64,000 bases of DNA from Pedobacter sp. (GCA_039810685.1 JBDHXL010000009.1:8029-72028), one strand, 5' to 3'. Counted from the stretch's first letter, positions 1-10,469 are shown. Made by a program: numbers and translations. Notes: a model not told the origin generated them from the letters alone.

Positions 1-2
1 CA

Positions 3-332
3 CTAAGTTTTAAACTAAAGTCCGATAGAAGAATGAATTTTAGAGCCTATTTCTTAGCCGGATTGAAATATTCTATCGATATGTCGGCCGGTAAAAAGGC
101 CAAAGATGCCAATTATGCTGCCATAGATAAGCTGCTCAAAAACAAAAACAAATTTGCCTCTTATGAGGTAGGTTTGGGTTTTGATTTTTATTTTGAGTAT
201 TTTAAAATGTCGCCAGAAATTAAGATAAGTCATTCATTTAATGATGTTTTGCGCCATGAGGCACACCCATACGCTACACCAATCGATAAAGCCTTACTAA
301 GAAATTTTACTTTCAGTTTGTATTTTGAATAA
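3..332 (+). CDS. porT: PorT/SprT-family T9SS outer-membrane beta-barrel, C-terminal part (5' truncated by window edge)
   Basis: Frame is open from base 3 (LSFKLKSDRRMNFRAY...). It ends in the PorT-like C-terminus GLGFDFYFEYFKMSPEIKIS...FSLYFE with a terminal beta-signal. Confidence 0.75.
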   Translation, partial: LSFKLKSDRRMNFRAYFLAGLKYSIDMSAGKKAKDANYAAIDKLLKNKNKFASYEVGLGFDFYFEYFKMSPEIKISHSFNDVLRHEAHPYATPIDKALLRNFTFSLYFE

Positions 333-351
333 GAAGCTTGGTATAAAATGA

Positions 352-359
352 TAACTTTG
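352..359 (+). promoter_or_regulatory. Bacteroidota sigma-A -7 element (TAACTTTG)
   Basis: Matches TAnnTTTG, 24 nt upstream of the SDR ATG. Confidence 0.6.
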
Positions 360-383
360 CCTTATATCTATTAAAAAGAGCAG

Positions 384-1145
384 ATGACAAAGACCGCCTT
401 AATTACCGGGGCAACATCGGGTATTGGACTGGCATGTGCACATCAATTAGCCGCTAAAGGTTTCCGTTTGGTTTTGTTGGCTCGCCGAGAGCAGCTTTTA
501 CAAGAACATGCCTTAAGCATTGGGAAGCAGTATGGTGTTGAGCTGAAAACATTAGTTGTTGATGTAAGAGACCGAGATTTGTTGACCCAAAGCCTAACAA
601 ATTTACCTGCCGACTGGAGAAATATTGATGTTTTGATTAATAATGCCGGGCTGAGCCAAGGTCTGGATCCAATTGATGCGGGAAGTATGGACGATTGGGA
701 TACCATGATTGACACCAATGTAAAAGGCTTTTTGTATGTTACCAAAATAGTATCGCAATGGATGGTAGCTCAGCAAAAGGGACATATCGTCAATATAGGC
801 TCTATAGCAGGTAAAGAAGTTTACCCCAACGGTAATGTTTATTGTGCCACTAAACATGCAGTTGATGCCTTGAGTAAAGCTATGCGTATTGATTTGCTAC
901 GGCACGGAATAAAAGTTACAGCTATTCATCCCGGCATGGTTGAAACCGAGTTTTCTATTGTACGGTTTAAAGGTGATGAGCGCAGAGCAAAAAAAGTGTA
1001 CGAAGGTGTTGAACCCTTGTTGGCAGAAGATATTGCAGATGCTATTTGTTATGTAATAAGCCGTCCGGCTCATGTAAACATCAACGATATGTTAATTATG
1101 CCCACGGCACAGGCAAACGGTACCATTGTTGAGCGCAAAGCCTAA
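384..1145 (+). CDS. NADP-dependent short-chain dehydrogenase/reductase (YdfG-like)
   Basis: TGATSGIG Rossmann motif, NNAG, YCATK catalytic motif, PGMVETEFS. Confidence 0.9.
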   Translation: MTKTALITGATSGIGLACAHQLAAKGFRLVLLARREQLLQEHALSIGKQYGVELKTLVVDVRDRDLLTQSLTNLPADWRNIDVLINNAGLSQGLDPIDAGSMDDWDTMIDTNVKGFLYVTKIVSQWMVAQQKGHIVNIGSIAGKEVYPNGNVYCATKHAVDALSKAMRIDLLRHGIKVTAIHPGMVETEFSIVRFKGDERRAKKVYEGVEPLLAEDIADAICYVISRPAHVNINDMLIMPTAQANGTIVERKA

Positions 1146-1177
1146 TATTTTAAAATGTAAACAATAATTTTAGCAAC

Positions 1178-1624
1178 ATGATAGCAACAAATATTGATCA
1201 AGAAATAAAGCAAGCCATGTTGGCCAAAGACCAAGTAAGGCTACGCGGACTAAGAGCTATTAAAGCAGCCTTATTGTTGGCCAAAACCGAAAAAGGCCCT
1301 GCAGAGGAAATTAGTGAAGAGGCAGAGCTCAAGATATTGCAAAAATTGGTTAAACAGCGTAAAGAATCGGCCGATATTTATACTAACCAAGGCCGAGCAG
1401 ATCTTGCACAAATAGAAAATGAAGAAATTGAGGTAATATCAACTTTCTTACCCAAGCAGTTGGATCGTGAGGCCATTGCCCAAATTATTGAGCGCATTAT
1501 TAGCGATACCGGGGCTACATCTGTAAAAGAGATGGGCAAGGTAATGGGCTTGGCCAATAAAGAATTGGCAGGCCGTGCCGAGGGTAAACTAATTGGCGAA
1601 ATTGTAAAAGAAAAATTAAAATAG
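1178..1624 (+). CDS. GatB/YqeY domain protein
   Basis: IKQAMLAKD..RL..LR.IKAA; KQRKES...Y...GR.DLA..E..EI.VI..FLPKQL. Confidence 0.92.
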   Translation: MIATNIDQEIKQAMLAKDQVRLRGLRAIKAALLLAKTEKGPAEEISEEAELKILQKLVKQRKESADIYTNQGRADLAQIENEEIEVISTFLPKQLDREAIAQIIERIISDTGATSVKEMGKVMGLANKELAGRAEGKLIGEIVKEKLK

Positions 1625-1730
1625 TTTTTCTTTGGCTGCTACCAAATAATTTGTTGGCATAATTGTAGATATTGTTTACTTTTATAAGGTTTAAAAAGCA
1701 TTTACCAAAAGAAAAAATACAAAGCGAAAT

Positions 1731-2495
1731 ATGAATTACGAAGTAATAGAACAGGAAGGATTTAAATATATCGAGACTGGCGAAGGCGAGCCTTTGGTAT
1801 TACTTCATGGTTTGATGGGAGAGTTGAGCAATTGGGAGCACACCATAGATTATTTTAAAACAAACTACAGGGTGCTAGTACCCATACTACCAATTTACGA
1901 GTTACCCTTACTTACCTTAGGTGTTAAAAGTTTGGCCAAATACGTGCATCGTTTTCTGAAATATAAGGGCTTGGATCAGGTAGTGCTAATCGGTAATTCT
2001 TTAGGAGGGCATGTAGGCTTGGTGTTTACAGTCGCACACCAAAACTTCGTGAAGTCGCTAGTGCTAACAGGTAGCTCAGGATTATACGAAAATGCCTTTG
2101 GGGGTTCTTTCCCACGTAGAGAAAGCTACGACTATGTAAAAGAAAAGGTAGAATATACTTTTTATGATCCCAAAACCGCAAGCAAAGAATTAGTTGACGA
2201 GGTATTTCATACTATCAACGATCGCAATAGGGTGATCCGGATATTGGCTATGGCTAAATCTGCCATACGGCACAACATGGCCAAAGATTTGAAGAAAATA
2301 ACCATACCGGTTTCACTAATTTGGGGAAAGCAAGATAAAATTACCCCACCCGATGTTGCCGAAGAGTTTCATCAATTGCTGCCCAACTCAGAACTAAACT
2401 GGGTGGATAAGTGTGGGCATGCCCCTATGATGGAACAACCCGAAATTTTCAACCAATTGTTGGATAAGTTCTTGAATAGAATATTATTGAAATAG
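1731..2495 (+). CDS. alpha/beta fold hydrolase
   Basis: LLHG motif, GNSLGG nucleophile elbow, WGKQD acid, CGHAP histidine. Confidence 0.9.
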   Translation: MNYEVIEQEGFKYIETGEGEPLVLLHGLMGELSNWEHTIDYFKTNYRVLVPILPIYELPLLTLGVKSLAKYVHRFLKYKGLDQVVLIGNSLGGHVGLVFTVAHQNFVKSLVLTGSSGLYENAFGGSFPRRESYDYVKEKVEYTFYDPKTASKELVDEVFHTINDRNRVIRILAMAKSAIRHNMAKDLKKITIPVSLIWGKQDKITPPDVAEEFHQLLPNSELNWVDKCGHAPMMEQPEIFNQLLDKFLNRILLK

Positions 2496-2498
2496 ACC

Positions 2499-3164
2499 AT
2501 GTTGGCTGTCAAGCACCTAAACAAAAATATACAACCGCTACAAAGCAAAGATACCGTGCGTACGGCCTTAGATAAGATGGCCGAGTACAAAGCTTGGTAT
2601 ATGCCTTTGCTTATCGGCGGGAAGTACATGGGGCTTGTTACCGAAGAGGAATTGCAAGCCGGTCGAGATTTGGATGTACAATTGGGGCTGAAAAAATTAA
2701 ACTTACTTTATGTTTATGCCTTAGACACCAGCCATACTTTAGAGGTGTTGAATTTGTTTGGTGATCTCAAAAGGTTGACTATGATTCCGGTACTCAATCA
2801 GCATAAAAAATTTCTGGGATGTATAGAAAGCGCTGATTTGTTGCAATATACAGCCCAACTTTTTGCGGTACACGAGCCTGGAGCTATTATCGTATTGTCG
2901 GTAAGCAATCGTGATAATTCCTTGTCGCACTTAGCGCAAATTGTTGAGATAGAGAATGCCCAAATCTTATCCTCGTCAGTCAATACCATTCCCGATTCTT
3001 CACGATTAGAAATTAGCTTAAAAGTGAATAAGACAGATGTTTCATCTATCATAGCTTCGTTTGAGCGGTATAACTATGAAGTGATAGCCGTTTTCAACAA
3101 CAGCGGGTCGGATAATGGTTATATGGATCGTTACGATTCGTTAATGAACTACCTAAACGTTTAA
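2499..3164 (+). CDS. CBS-pair plus ACT-like domain protein (AcuB-like architecture)
   Basis: Tandem CBS-like repeats followed by the ACT-like segment GAIIVL...SLSHLAQIVE...LKVN; conserved position upstream of NAD kinase in Bacteroidota. Confidence 0.75.
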   Translation: MLAVKHLNKNIQPLQSKDTVRTALDKMAEYKAWYMPLLIGGKYMGLVTEEELQAGRDLDVQLGLKKLNLLYVYALDTSHTLEVLNLFGDLKRLTMIPVLNQHKKFLGCIESADLLQYTAQLFAVHEPGAIIVLSVSNRDNSLSHLAQIVEIENAQILSSSVNTIPDSSRLEISLKVNKTDVSSIIASFERYNYEVIAVFNNSGSDNGYMDRYDSLMNYLNV

Positions 3165-3170
3165 CAAAGC

Positions 3171-4052
3171 ATGAGAATAGCCCTATACGGTAGAGAATTT
3201 AATCAAAGTGTCCTTCCGTTTATACAAGAGGTATTTGCCGTTTTAGATAGAACCGGTCAAGAAGTCTTGGTGCAATCACAATTCAATGAACATTTAAAAG
3301 CAAAATCGGTTTACCCTAAGAACATAGTTACTTTTAAGGGTTATGATGATTTGTTGGGTAAGGCTGATGTTCTGCTAAGCTTGGGAGGTGATGGCACTTT
3401 ACTCGATACGTTGGCTTATGTGCGTGATTCGCAAATACCCATTATGGGGATAAACCTTGGACGATTAGGTTTCTTAGCAAGTATCAACAAAGCAGAAATC
3501 AACAAAGCCCTCGAAGCATTGCTTGCAGGCGATTACTCTATTGATAAGCGGAGTTTACTGAGCCTCGATTCGCAAAATTCATTATTCGTCAACGAAAATT
3601 TTGCATTGAATGATATCAGCATCCATAGGCGAGACAATTCGGCCATGATGATTATACATGCTTATATCAACGGTGAGTTTGTCAATTCTTATTGGGCCGA
3701 TGGTTTGATAATTGCCACCCCAACAGGCTCTACAGCCTACTCGCTAAGCTGCGGTGGTCCTATTTTGTTGCCTAATGCACAAAATTTTGTCATTACTCCG
3801 GTAGCTCCACACAACCTCAACGTAAGACCTTTGGTTGTGCCAGACAATGTACAACTTACTTTTGAAGTAGAAGCACGCAGTACAAAATTCTTGCTCACTT
3901 GCGATTCACGTACTGAGACTGTAGAAAAGACCGTGAAGGTAAACATCAGCAAGGCTAATTTTAGTATAAATCTCATTCGCCTTAATAATGAATCCTTTTT
4001 AACAACGTTAAGAAATAAATTGCTTTGGGGCATAGATACCCGCAACTATTAG
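3171..4052 (+). CDS. nadK: NAD kinase
   Basis: SLGGDGT, GINLGRLGFL, ALND, ADGLIIATPTGSTAYSLSCGGPI motifs. Confidence 0.97.
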   Translation: MRIALYGREFNQSVLPFIQEVFAVLDRTGQEVLVQSQFNEHLKAKSVYPKNIVTFKGYDDLLGKADVLLSLGGDGTLLDTLAYVRDSQIPIMGINLGRLGFLASINKAEINKALEALLAGDYSIDKRSLLSLDSQNSLFVNENFALNDISIHRRDNSAMMIIHAYINGEFVNSYWADGLIIATPTGSTAYSLSCGGPILLPNAQNFVITPVAPHNLNVRPLVVPDNVQLTFEVEARSTKFLLTCDSRTETVEKTVKVNISKANFSINLIRLNNESFLTTLRNKLLWGIDTRNY

Positions 4053-4054
4053 GG

Positions 4055-4861
4055 ATGAGATTGAGGTACCTATTTCTTTTATTTTTGAGTTTGTTGTGCA
4101 AGGATTTACGTGCACAAGTATGGGAGTTGGGGGTACAGGGCGGCGGTGCTGGCTATATGGGCGATTTAAACCCCGACAATCCACTAAAAATAAGTGGTAG
4201 TTCTTTTGGAGCTTTTTTAAAAGCCAATCTAGATCCGAATTGGGCCTTGAGTTTTAACTATAACATGGGTAAAATAAAAGCTGATGATGCAAAATCTTCC
4301 TCAGTACAATTTCAGCAGCGTAATCTCAATTTTTACAACAAGTTGCATGAGTTTAGTGTTTTGTTAGATTTCAATTTTACTGATTATTTTGCAGCAGGAG
4401 GCACTAAGCAGGTAAGCCCTTATATGTATGTCGGTTTGGCAGGTGTCTTGTCCAACCCCAAAACTAGATATATGGGCAGGGAATATGAATTGGCCTTATA
4501 CACTACAGAGGGGCAGGCCTCGCCCTACAAAAAGGCAGCTTTAAGTATGCCAATCGGAGCAGGTATTAAGGTCAACTTTAGCGAAAATTTGAGTGTTATA
4601 TCAAATATTGGCTATCGTAATGCTTATACCGATTATTTAGATGATGTAAGTGGCAGCTACCCGGATTATGCAGTTTTTAGTAATAGTCCGCCGCAAGTAC
4701 AAGCCATACAGTTTGCGCTTTCCGATCGATCGGCAGAAAAACTAGGAACAGCCATAGGTAAAAAAGGTACCCAACGTGGCGATTTTAGAAAAAGAGATAC
4801 TTATATGTTTGTAGGTATTGGCATATCTTATACCTTTGTGAGCCAAAAATGTCCACGCTAA
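4055..4861 (+). CDS. porG: DUF6089 / PorG-like outer-membrane beta-barrel protein
   Basis: Signal peptide from ATG 4055 (preferred over TTG 4025); YMGDLN, TDYLDDVSG.Y, RGD...RD.Y motifs; lies between nadK and uppS as in other Bacteroidota. Confidence 0.65.
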   Translation: MRLRYLFLLFLSLLCKDLRAQVWELGVQGGGAGYMGDLNPDNPLKISGSSFGAFLKANLDPNWALSFNYNMGKIKADDAKSSSVQFQQRNLNFYNKLHEFSVLLDFNFTDYFAAGGTKQVSPYMYVGLAGVLSNPKTRYMGREYELALYTTEGQASPYKKAALSMPIGAGIKVNFSENLSVISNIGYRNAYTDYLDDVSGSYPDYAVFSNSPPQVQAIQFALSDRSAEKLGTAIGKKGTQRGDFRKRDTYMFVGIGISYTFVSQKCPR

Positions 4862-4880
4862 TAAGATAGCTTAGAAAAGA

Positions 4881-5621
4881 ATGGATTTTAAAGAACAAAT
4901 AGACCTAAACCGATTGCCCCAACACATAGCAATTATTATGGATGGCAACGGGCGTTGGGCAAAAAATCAGGGGAAATTTAGAGTTTTTGGTCACGAGAGC
5001 GGTGTACTGTCGGTGAAAGATATCGTTGAGGGTTGTTTAGAGATAGGCATTAAGTACCTAACAGTTTATGCATTTTCTACCGAAAACTGGAATAGACCCA
5101 AAGAGGAAGTTGATGCATTGATGGAGCTGCTGATATCTACCATCAACCAAGAAGTAGAGAGCTTGAACAAAAATGGGATACGCCTAAACGCCATTGGTAA
5201 TTTAGATAGCCTGCCTCAGCGTTGCCAAGATAATTTGTATAAAGCGATGCAGATTACCCAACAAAATGATAAATGTACCCTAACCTTAGCACTTAGCTAC
5301 AGTGCAAAATGGGAAATTGTTGAGGCTGCCAAAAAAATTGCCCAAAAAGTAAGTTCAGGAGCCCTACAAGCAGAAAATATAGATGAAGCCTGTTTCTCGG
5401 CCGAATTAACTACTATAGGTTTGCCCGATCCGGAGTTGATGATACGCACCAGCGGTGAGCGACGAATTAGTAATTTTTTGCTTTGGCAATTGGCCTACAC
5501 CGAACTGTATTTTACCGAAGTGCTTTGGCCTGATTTTAGGCGACAACACCTTTTTGAGGCAATTGTTGATTTTCAACAACGCGAGCGACGTTTTGGAAAA
5601 ACCAGTGAGCAAATTAACTAA
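4881..5621 (+). CDS. uppS: Undecaprenyl diphosphate synthase (isoprenyl transferase)
   Basis: HIAIIMDGNGRWA, YAFSTENWNRP, IRTSGERRISNFLLWQLAYTE. Confidence 0.97.
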   Translation: MDFKEQIDLNRLPQHIAIIMDGNGRWAKNQGKFRVFGHESGVLSVKDIVEGCLEIGIKYLTVYAFSTENWNRPKEEVDALMELLISTINQEVESLNKNGIRLNAIGNLDSLPQRCQDNLYKAMQITQQNDKCTLTLALSYSAKWEIVEAAKKIAQKVSSGALQAENIDEACFSAELTTIGLPDPELMIRTSGERRISNFLLWQLAYTELYFTEVLWPDFRRQHLFEAIVDFQQRERRFGKTSEQIN

Positions 5622-5684
5622 AAATTTCTTTTAACACTTTTTAACAAGACTTTAGAGTATTTTAGCCACGTTTTTAGACTGTAA

Positions 5685-8228
5685 ATGAGAAGAATATATT
5701 ACCTGTTGTTTCTACTTTCGGCCACTTTTTCGGCGAAAGCCCAGATTCGTAACCCGCAAACACAAGCCGCTCCTTCTTTGAAGGTAAATAATACAGGGCT
5801 CGATTATTTCGCACCAAGAGAATATGTCATTGGTGGTACTACGCTATCGGGAACAAAGTATTTGGATAAAGATGTTATTGTGGTTCTATCAAAACTTACC
5901 CCTGGCGAAACCGTAATGCTACCCGGTGAAGCAACAGCAAACGCTATAAAAAGATTGTGGGAACAAGGACTTTTTGATGATATTAAAATTAATGTATCCA
6001 AACTAAGTGGTGATACCGTTTATTTCGATATTAATGTAGTTGAACGCCCTAGGGTAACCGGCTTTGAATATACCGGTATTAGCCGCTCACATCAAACAGA
6101 AATTGCTGAAAAACTTGGTGATAAAGTTGGTAAGAGTATCATTAACGATAACCTATATAACACCACAAGCGCCATCATCACCAAATTTCTTCGCGAAAAG
6201 GGTTTTTATTTCACTAAGATAGATTATAAAACCAAACCCGATCCTAATCAAGAAAACAGTGTGTTCTTGCAGGTGAATATCAATAAAGGTAAGCGGGTGA
6301 AAGTGCAGAAAATTGATATTGAGGGAAATAAAGTATTTTCTGATGCACGCCTCAGGAAGTTTTTGAAGAAAACCAAGCAAAGAGCCTTTTATAAGGTATT
6401 TGGTAGTGGCAAGTTCAACAACGAAAAATATCAAGAAGACAAAATTGGTTTCATGGCCAAATTGCACGAAAGGGGTTACCGAGATGCCACCATATTGAGT
6501 GACAGCGTTTATCAGTATAATGACAAAACTGTTGGCATAAAAATTAAAATTCATGAGGGGCCAAAGTATTATTTCGGTAATATTACTTGGTTGGGTAATG
6601 CCAAGTACCAAACTCAGTTTCTAGAAAAAGTGTTTGGTATTGAAAAAGGAGAGGTATTTAGCGAGGAAAAAATGGAGAAAAAACTCCGTGGAAGTGCCAA
6701 TGGTGATGATGTTTCGAGTATTTACCTGAATGATGGTTATCTGACTTTCAATGTTGAACCCGTGCAAACCCGCATTCATAATGATACCGTTGATATTGAA
6801 ATGCGAATTTATGAAGGGCCAAAATATACGGTCAATAAAGTAAGTGTGCAGGGTAATACCATCACCAACGACAAAGTAATTATGCGTGAGATAAGAACCA
6901 AACCCGGTGATTATTTCTCTAAAGATTTGTTGATAAGAAGTGTCCGCGAAATAGGTCAGTTGGGTAACTTTGATGAGTCGAAGACCAATCCCGTACCAAA
7001 GCCTAATCCTGCAGACGGTACGGTTGATATCGTTTACCATGTTGAAGAAAAACCCTCAGATCAGATTGAGCTCTCTGGTGGTTTTGGAGGAGGCCGTGTG
7101 ATTGGTACGTTGGGACTAACCTTCAACAACTTTTCTCTAAAAAACCTTTTCAATGGCGAAGCCTATAAACCTTTGCCCAAAGGTGATGGACAAAAACTTA
7201 GTTTGCGAGGACAAACCAACGGTAAGTATTACCAATCATACAGTTTTTCGTTCTCTGAACCATGGTTTGGAGGTAAAAAACCAATCAGCTTTGGTTTTAG
7301 TGCCTTTACCTCATTACAATCAAACGGTTTGGCCAAAACCTCACCCAATTATTACGGTATCCGCTTAAACGGTATCTCATTTAGCTTGGGTCGTAAGCTC
7401 AAATGGCCCGATAACTGGTTCTCTTTGGTGCACGCCATCAACTTTAATCAATATAAGCTAAACAATTATCCAGGCTATCTGTTCAGTACTGGCGATTCGT
7501 ACAACTTTAACATTACCCAAGAGCTAGCTCGCGATTCGAGAAACCATCATATTTTCCCAACCGGAGGTGCTTATTTGAAATTTACAATTCAGGCTACGCC
7601 ACCTTACTCATTGTTCAATAAAGTTAACTATGCTACTGCATCAGACAAGCAGCGATATCGTTTTACCGAATACCACAAGTGGAAATTTGAAGCCCAGTGG
7701 TTCGAAGCTTTGGTTGGTAAATTGGTGTTCAAAGGTCAGGCACAATTTGGTTTCTTGGGCTCCTACAACAAAGCAGTTGGCCAATCGGCATTTGAGCGTT
7801 TTAAGCTAGGTGGTGATGGTATGCAAGGTTTTGATTACCTGCAAGGTTCAGAAATTATCGCCATGCGTGGTTATGCTAACAACTCGGTAATACCTGTAGG
7901 TGCTGATCCAAATATTGCACAATACTCGGGTAGCCCAATCTTTACCAAATATGTGATGGAGCTTCGCTATCCGGTTATCAACTCGCAGCAAGCAACTGCT
8001 TTTATGACTGTTTTTGGTGAAGCTGGTAACACCTGGGATAAGTTTCGTGATTTCAATCCCTTCAATGTAAGAAGGTCTGTTGGGGTAGGTGCGAAAATAT
8101 TTTTGCCTATCTTTGGGCTTCTTGGCATAGATTATGGTTATGGTTTTGATAAGATACCCGGAATGCCTGATGCAAACAAAGGACAGTTTCAATTTAGCAT
8201 AGCGCAACAACTGGGAGGTTTTAACTAA
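5685..8228 (+). CDS. bamA: Outer membrane protein assembly factor BamA
   Basis: 847 aa; signal peptide, POTRA repeats, MRGY (VRGF-like) loop motif, C-terminal barrel. Confidence 0.95.
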   Translation: MRRIYYLLFLLSATFSAKAQIRNPQTQAAPSLKVNNTGLDYFAPREYVIGGTTLSGTKYLDKDVIVVLSKLTPGETVMLPGEATANAIKRLWEQGLFDDIKINVSKLSGDTVYFDINVVERPRVTGFEYTGISRSHQTEIAEKLGDKVGKSIINDNLYNTTSAIITKFLREKGFYFTKIDYKTKPDPNQENSVFLQVNINKGKRVKVQKIDIEGNKVFSDARLRKFLKKTKQRAFYKVFGSGKFNNEKYQEDKIGFMAKLHERGYRDATILSDSVYQYNDKTVGIKIKIHEGPKYYFGNITWLGNAKYQTQFLEKVFGIEKGEVFSEEKMEKKLRGSANGDDVSSIYLNDGYLTFNVEPVQTRIHNDTVDIEMRIYEGPKYTVNKVSVQGNTITNDKVIMREIRTKPGDYFSKDLLIRSVREIGQLGNFDESKTNPVPKPNPADGTVDIVYHVEEKPSDQIELSGGFGGGRVIGTLGLTFNNFSLKNLFNGEAYKPLPKGDGQKLSLRGQTNGKYYQSYSFSFSEPWFGGKKPISFGFSAFTSLQSNGLAKTSPNYYGIRLNGISFSLGRKLKWPDNWFSLVHAINFNQYKLNNYPGYLFSTGDSYNFNITQELARDSRNHHIFPTGGAYLKFTIQATPPYSLFNKVNYATASDKQRYRFTEYHKWKFEAQWFEALVGKLVFKGQAQFGFLGSYNKAVGQSAFERFKLGGDGMQGFDYLQGSEIIAMRGYANNSVIPVGADPNIAQYSGSPIFTKYVMELRYPVINSQQATAFMTVFGEAGNTWDKFRDFNPFNVRRSVGVGAKIFLPIFGLLGIDYGYGFDKIPGMPDANKGQFQFSIAQQLGGFN

Positions 8229-8241
8229 AAATAAAAATCGC

Positions 8242-8778
8242 ATGAAAAAGAAAATTTTAGCACTGGTAATTTTCGTGTTGGCCCTAGGTGCTTATGCTAA
8301 GGCTCAAAAATCGGCTTATGTAGATACCGAATACATTTTAAAGCATATTCCAGATTATAAGTCGGCACAGACACAAATAGAAGGACTTTCTAAACAATAC
8401 CAAAAGGAGGTTGATGAAGCCTTTAAAGCAATTGATGCCATGTATAAGTCTTATCAGGCTGATCAGGTTTTGTTGACTGATGATATGCGCAAAAGAAGAG
8501 AAAACGAAATCATCGATAAAGAAAAAAAGGCAAAAGAATTACAACGCCAAAAATTTGGCCCAGAAGGCGATTTATTTCAGACACGCAACAAATTGTTGAA
8601 GCCCATACAAGAAAAAGTATCAACGGTTATTGCAGAAGTGGCCAAAAGCAAATATATTGACTTCGTTTTTGACAAAAGTAGTGAAAGCACCATGATTATT
8701 TACTCAAATGCCAATTATGATATTAGCAATGATGTAATCATTAAATTGGGTTTAAAACCAGGAACATTAGTACAGTAA
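8242..8778 (+). CDS. skp: OmpH/Skp periplasmic chaperone (copy 1)
   Basis: Signal peptide, AYVDTEYIL, coiled coil, DFVFDK; immediately after bamA. Confidence 0.9.
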   Translation: MKKKILALVIFVLALGAYAKAQKSAYVDTEYILKHIPDYKSAQTQIEGLSKQYQKEVDEAFKAIDAMYKSYQADQVLLTDDMRKRRENEIIDKEKKAKELQRQKFGPEGDLFQTRNKLLKPIQEKVSTVIAEVAKSKYIDFVFDKSSESTMIIYSNANYDISNDVIIKLGLKPGTLVQ

Positions 8779-8822
8779 GTTAAATAAATTAGATAAACAA
8801 AAAGCATAATTAAAGTAAAGTA

Positions 8823-9434
8823 ATGAAAAAGATAATTAACGGATTATTTGTAGCAGCAGGATTATTATTTGTAAGTGCAACGGCAAACGCACAACAAAAA
8901 TTTGGACATATCAACTCTGACGAGATTTTCTCAACATATCCCGAAGCAAAATCGGTTTCTACTACAATAGAAAACTTGGCTAAAACCAAGCAAGAAGAGA
9001 TAGATAAAATGATTAACGAGTACCAAAATAAATATAAAGCCGCACAAGAAAAAGAGAGAACCCTAAGCGAGGCAAACAAAGATCAGGTACTAAAAGAACT
9101 ACAACAAGCACAAACAGAGTTGCAAGATTTGCAAAAACGAATTGAAGATGCTCGTAACAAAGCAAGAGCTGATGTAGAGGCCAAACAACACGAATTGTTC
9201 CCCCCGCTACAACAAAAAGTGTCCAATGCTATTTCGGCAATTGCTAAAGAAAAAGGATTAACCTATGTATTTGATACTTCTGCATCTCAGGGTTTCAACA
9301 ACTTAGTATATTTTGACGGAGGTGAAGATATTACTGCTGCTGTAAAAAGCAAATTGGGAATCAGTGCAAGCTCATCGGTTAGCCCAGCTGCGGCAAAACC
9401 AGCTACAAAACCAGCAGCCAGTACAAAAAAATAA
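8823..9434 (+). CDS. skp: OmpH/Skp periplasmic chaperone (copy 2)
   Basis: QKFGHINSDEI, AKEKGLTYVFD, DITAAVKSKLG; Ala/Pro/Lys-rich tail. Confidence 0.9.
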   Translation: MKKIINGLFVAAGLLFVSATANAQQKFGHINSDEIFSTYPEAKSVSTTIENLAKTKQEEIDKMINEYQNKYKAAQEKERTLSEANKDQVLKELQQAQTELQDLQKRIEDARNKARADVEAKQHELFPPLQQKVSNAISAIAKEKGLTYVFDTSASQGFNNLVYFDGGEDITAAVKSKLGISASSSVSPAAAKPATKPAASTKK

Positions 9435-9455
9435 TCAGATAAATAATATTTTTGT

Positions 9456-9489
9456 AAACGGAGTTAGTGTAAATTAACTCCGTTTTTTT
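9456..9489 (+). terminator. Intrinsic terminator after the bamA-skp-skp operon
   Basis: aaacggagtta / taactccgttt inverted repeat followed by a T-run. Confidence 0.8.
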
Positions 9490-9497
9490 CTGTTATA

Positions 9498-10328
9498 ATG
9501 ACAACAAAAGGTGCAATAGGTGTATTTGATTCGGGATACGGTGGTTTAACGGTTTTTAAGGCAATAAAAGCACAGATGCCCACTTATGATTATATTTATT
9601 TGGGCGACAATGCTCGGTCTCCCTACGGCGACCATTCTTTTGAAACGGTTTACCAATATACCTTAGAGTGTGTAGAGTGGCTTTTTGCGCAAGGTTGCCC
9701 TTTAGTTATATTGGCATGCAACACTGCATCAGCAAAGGCTTTACGAAGTATCCAACAACTGGTTTTGCCCTATAAATACCCCAACAAGAGAGTGCTGGGT
9801 GTAATTCGGCCTACTGCCGAAGTGATAGGCGACTATAGTAAGACCAAACATATCGGTGTTTTGGGTACACGCGGAACAATAAAATCAGAATCCTACTTGA
9901 TAGAAATTGCTAAATTCTTTCCAGATGCGAAAGTTTATCAGCAAAGTTGCCCCATGTGGGTGCCCTTGGTAGAGAATAACGAGCATTTGGGGACTGGAGC
10001 TGATTTCTTTGTAAAAAAATATTTGGACGAGTTGTTTGCTCAAGATACCAAAATAGACACTCTTTTACTTGCCTGTACACATTATCCGTTATTAATTACA
10101 AAGATTGCAAAATTGCTGCATCGAGATGTTAAATTGGTTTCGCAAGGCGATATCGTGGCGCAAAGCTTGTTAGATTATCTTTATCGTCATACAGAAATTG
10201 AAAAACTGTTGAACAAAAACTCGATGAGGACTTATTTTACAACAGGCGACCATGAGGTGTTTGAAACGCAGGCATCTATCTTCTTAGGTGAAGCAATTTC
10301 GGCTTCGAAAATACAGTTAAAGACCTAA
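9498..10328 (+). CDS. murI: Glutamate racemase
   Basis: GVFDSGYGGLTV, ACNTAS and ACTHYP catalytic cysteines. Confidence 0.97.
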   Translation: MTTKGAIGVFDSGYGGLTVFKAIKAQMPTYDYIYLGDNARSPYGDHSFETVYQYTLECVEWLFAQGCPLVILACNTASAKALRSIQQLVLPYKYPNKRVLGVIRPTAEVIGDYSKTKHIGVLGTRGTIKSESYLIEIAKFFPDAKVYQQSCPMWVPLVENNEHLGTGADFFVKKYLDELFAQDTKIDTLLLACTHYPLLITKIAKLLHRDVKLVSQGDIVAQSLLDYLYRHTEIEKLLNKNSMRTYFTTGDHEVFETQASIFLGEAISASKIQLKT

Positions 10329-10469
10329 ACGCTCAAAATCAGTCTGTTTCTGCTCTAGTCTGATTGAAAAAGACTATACCGGCTCTATGTCGATATAATT
10401 TTTACTTTTCGTTAATTATTTTATTGAAAAGAGCCGCAATATTCTTGTTAATTTTTCTGATTAAAGCCT

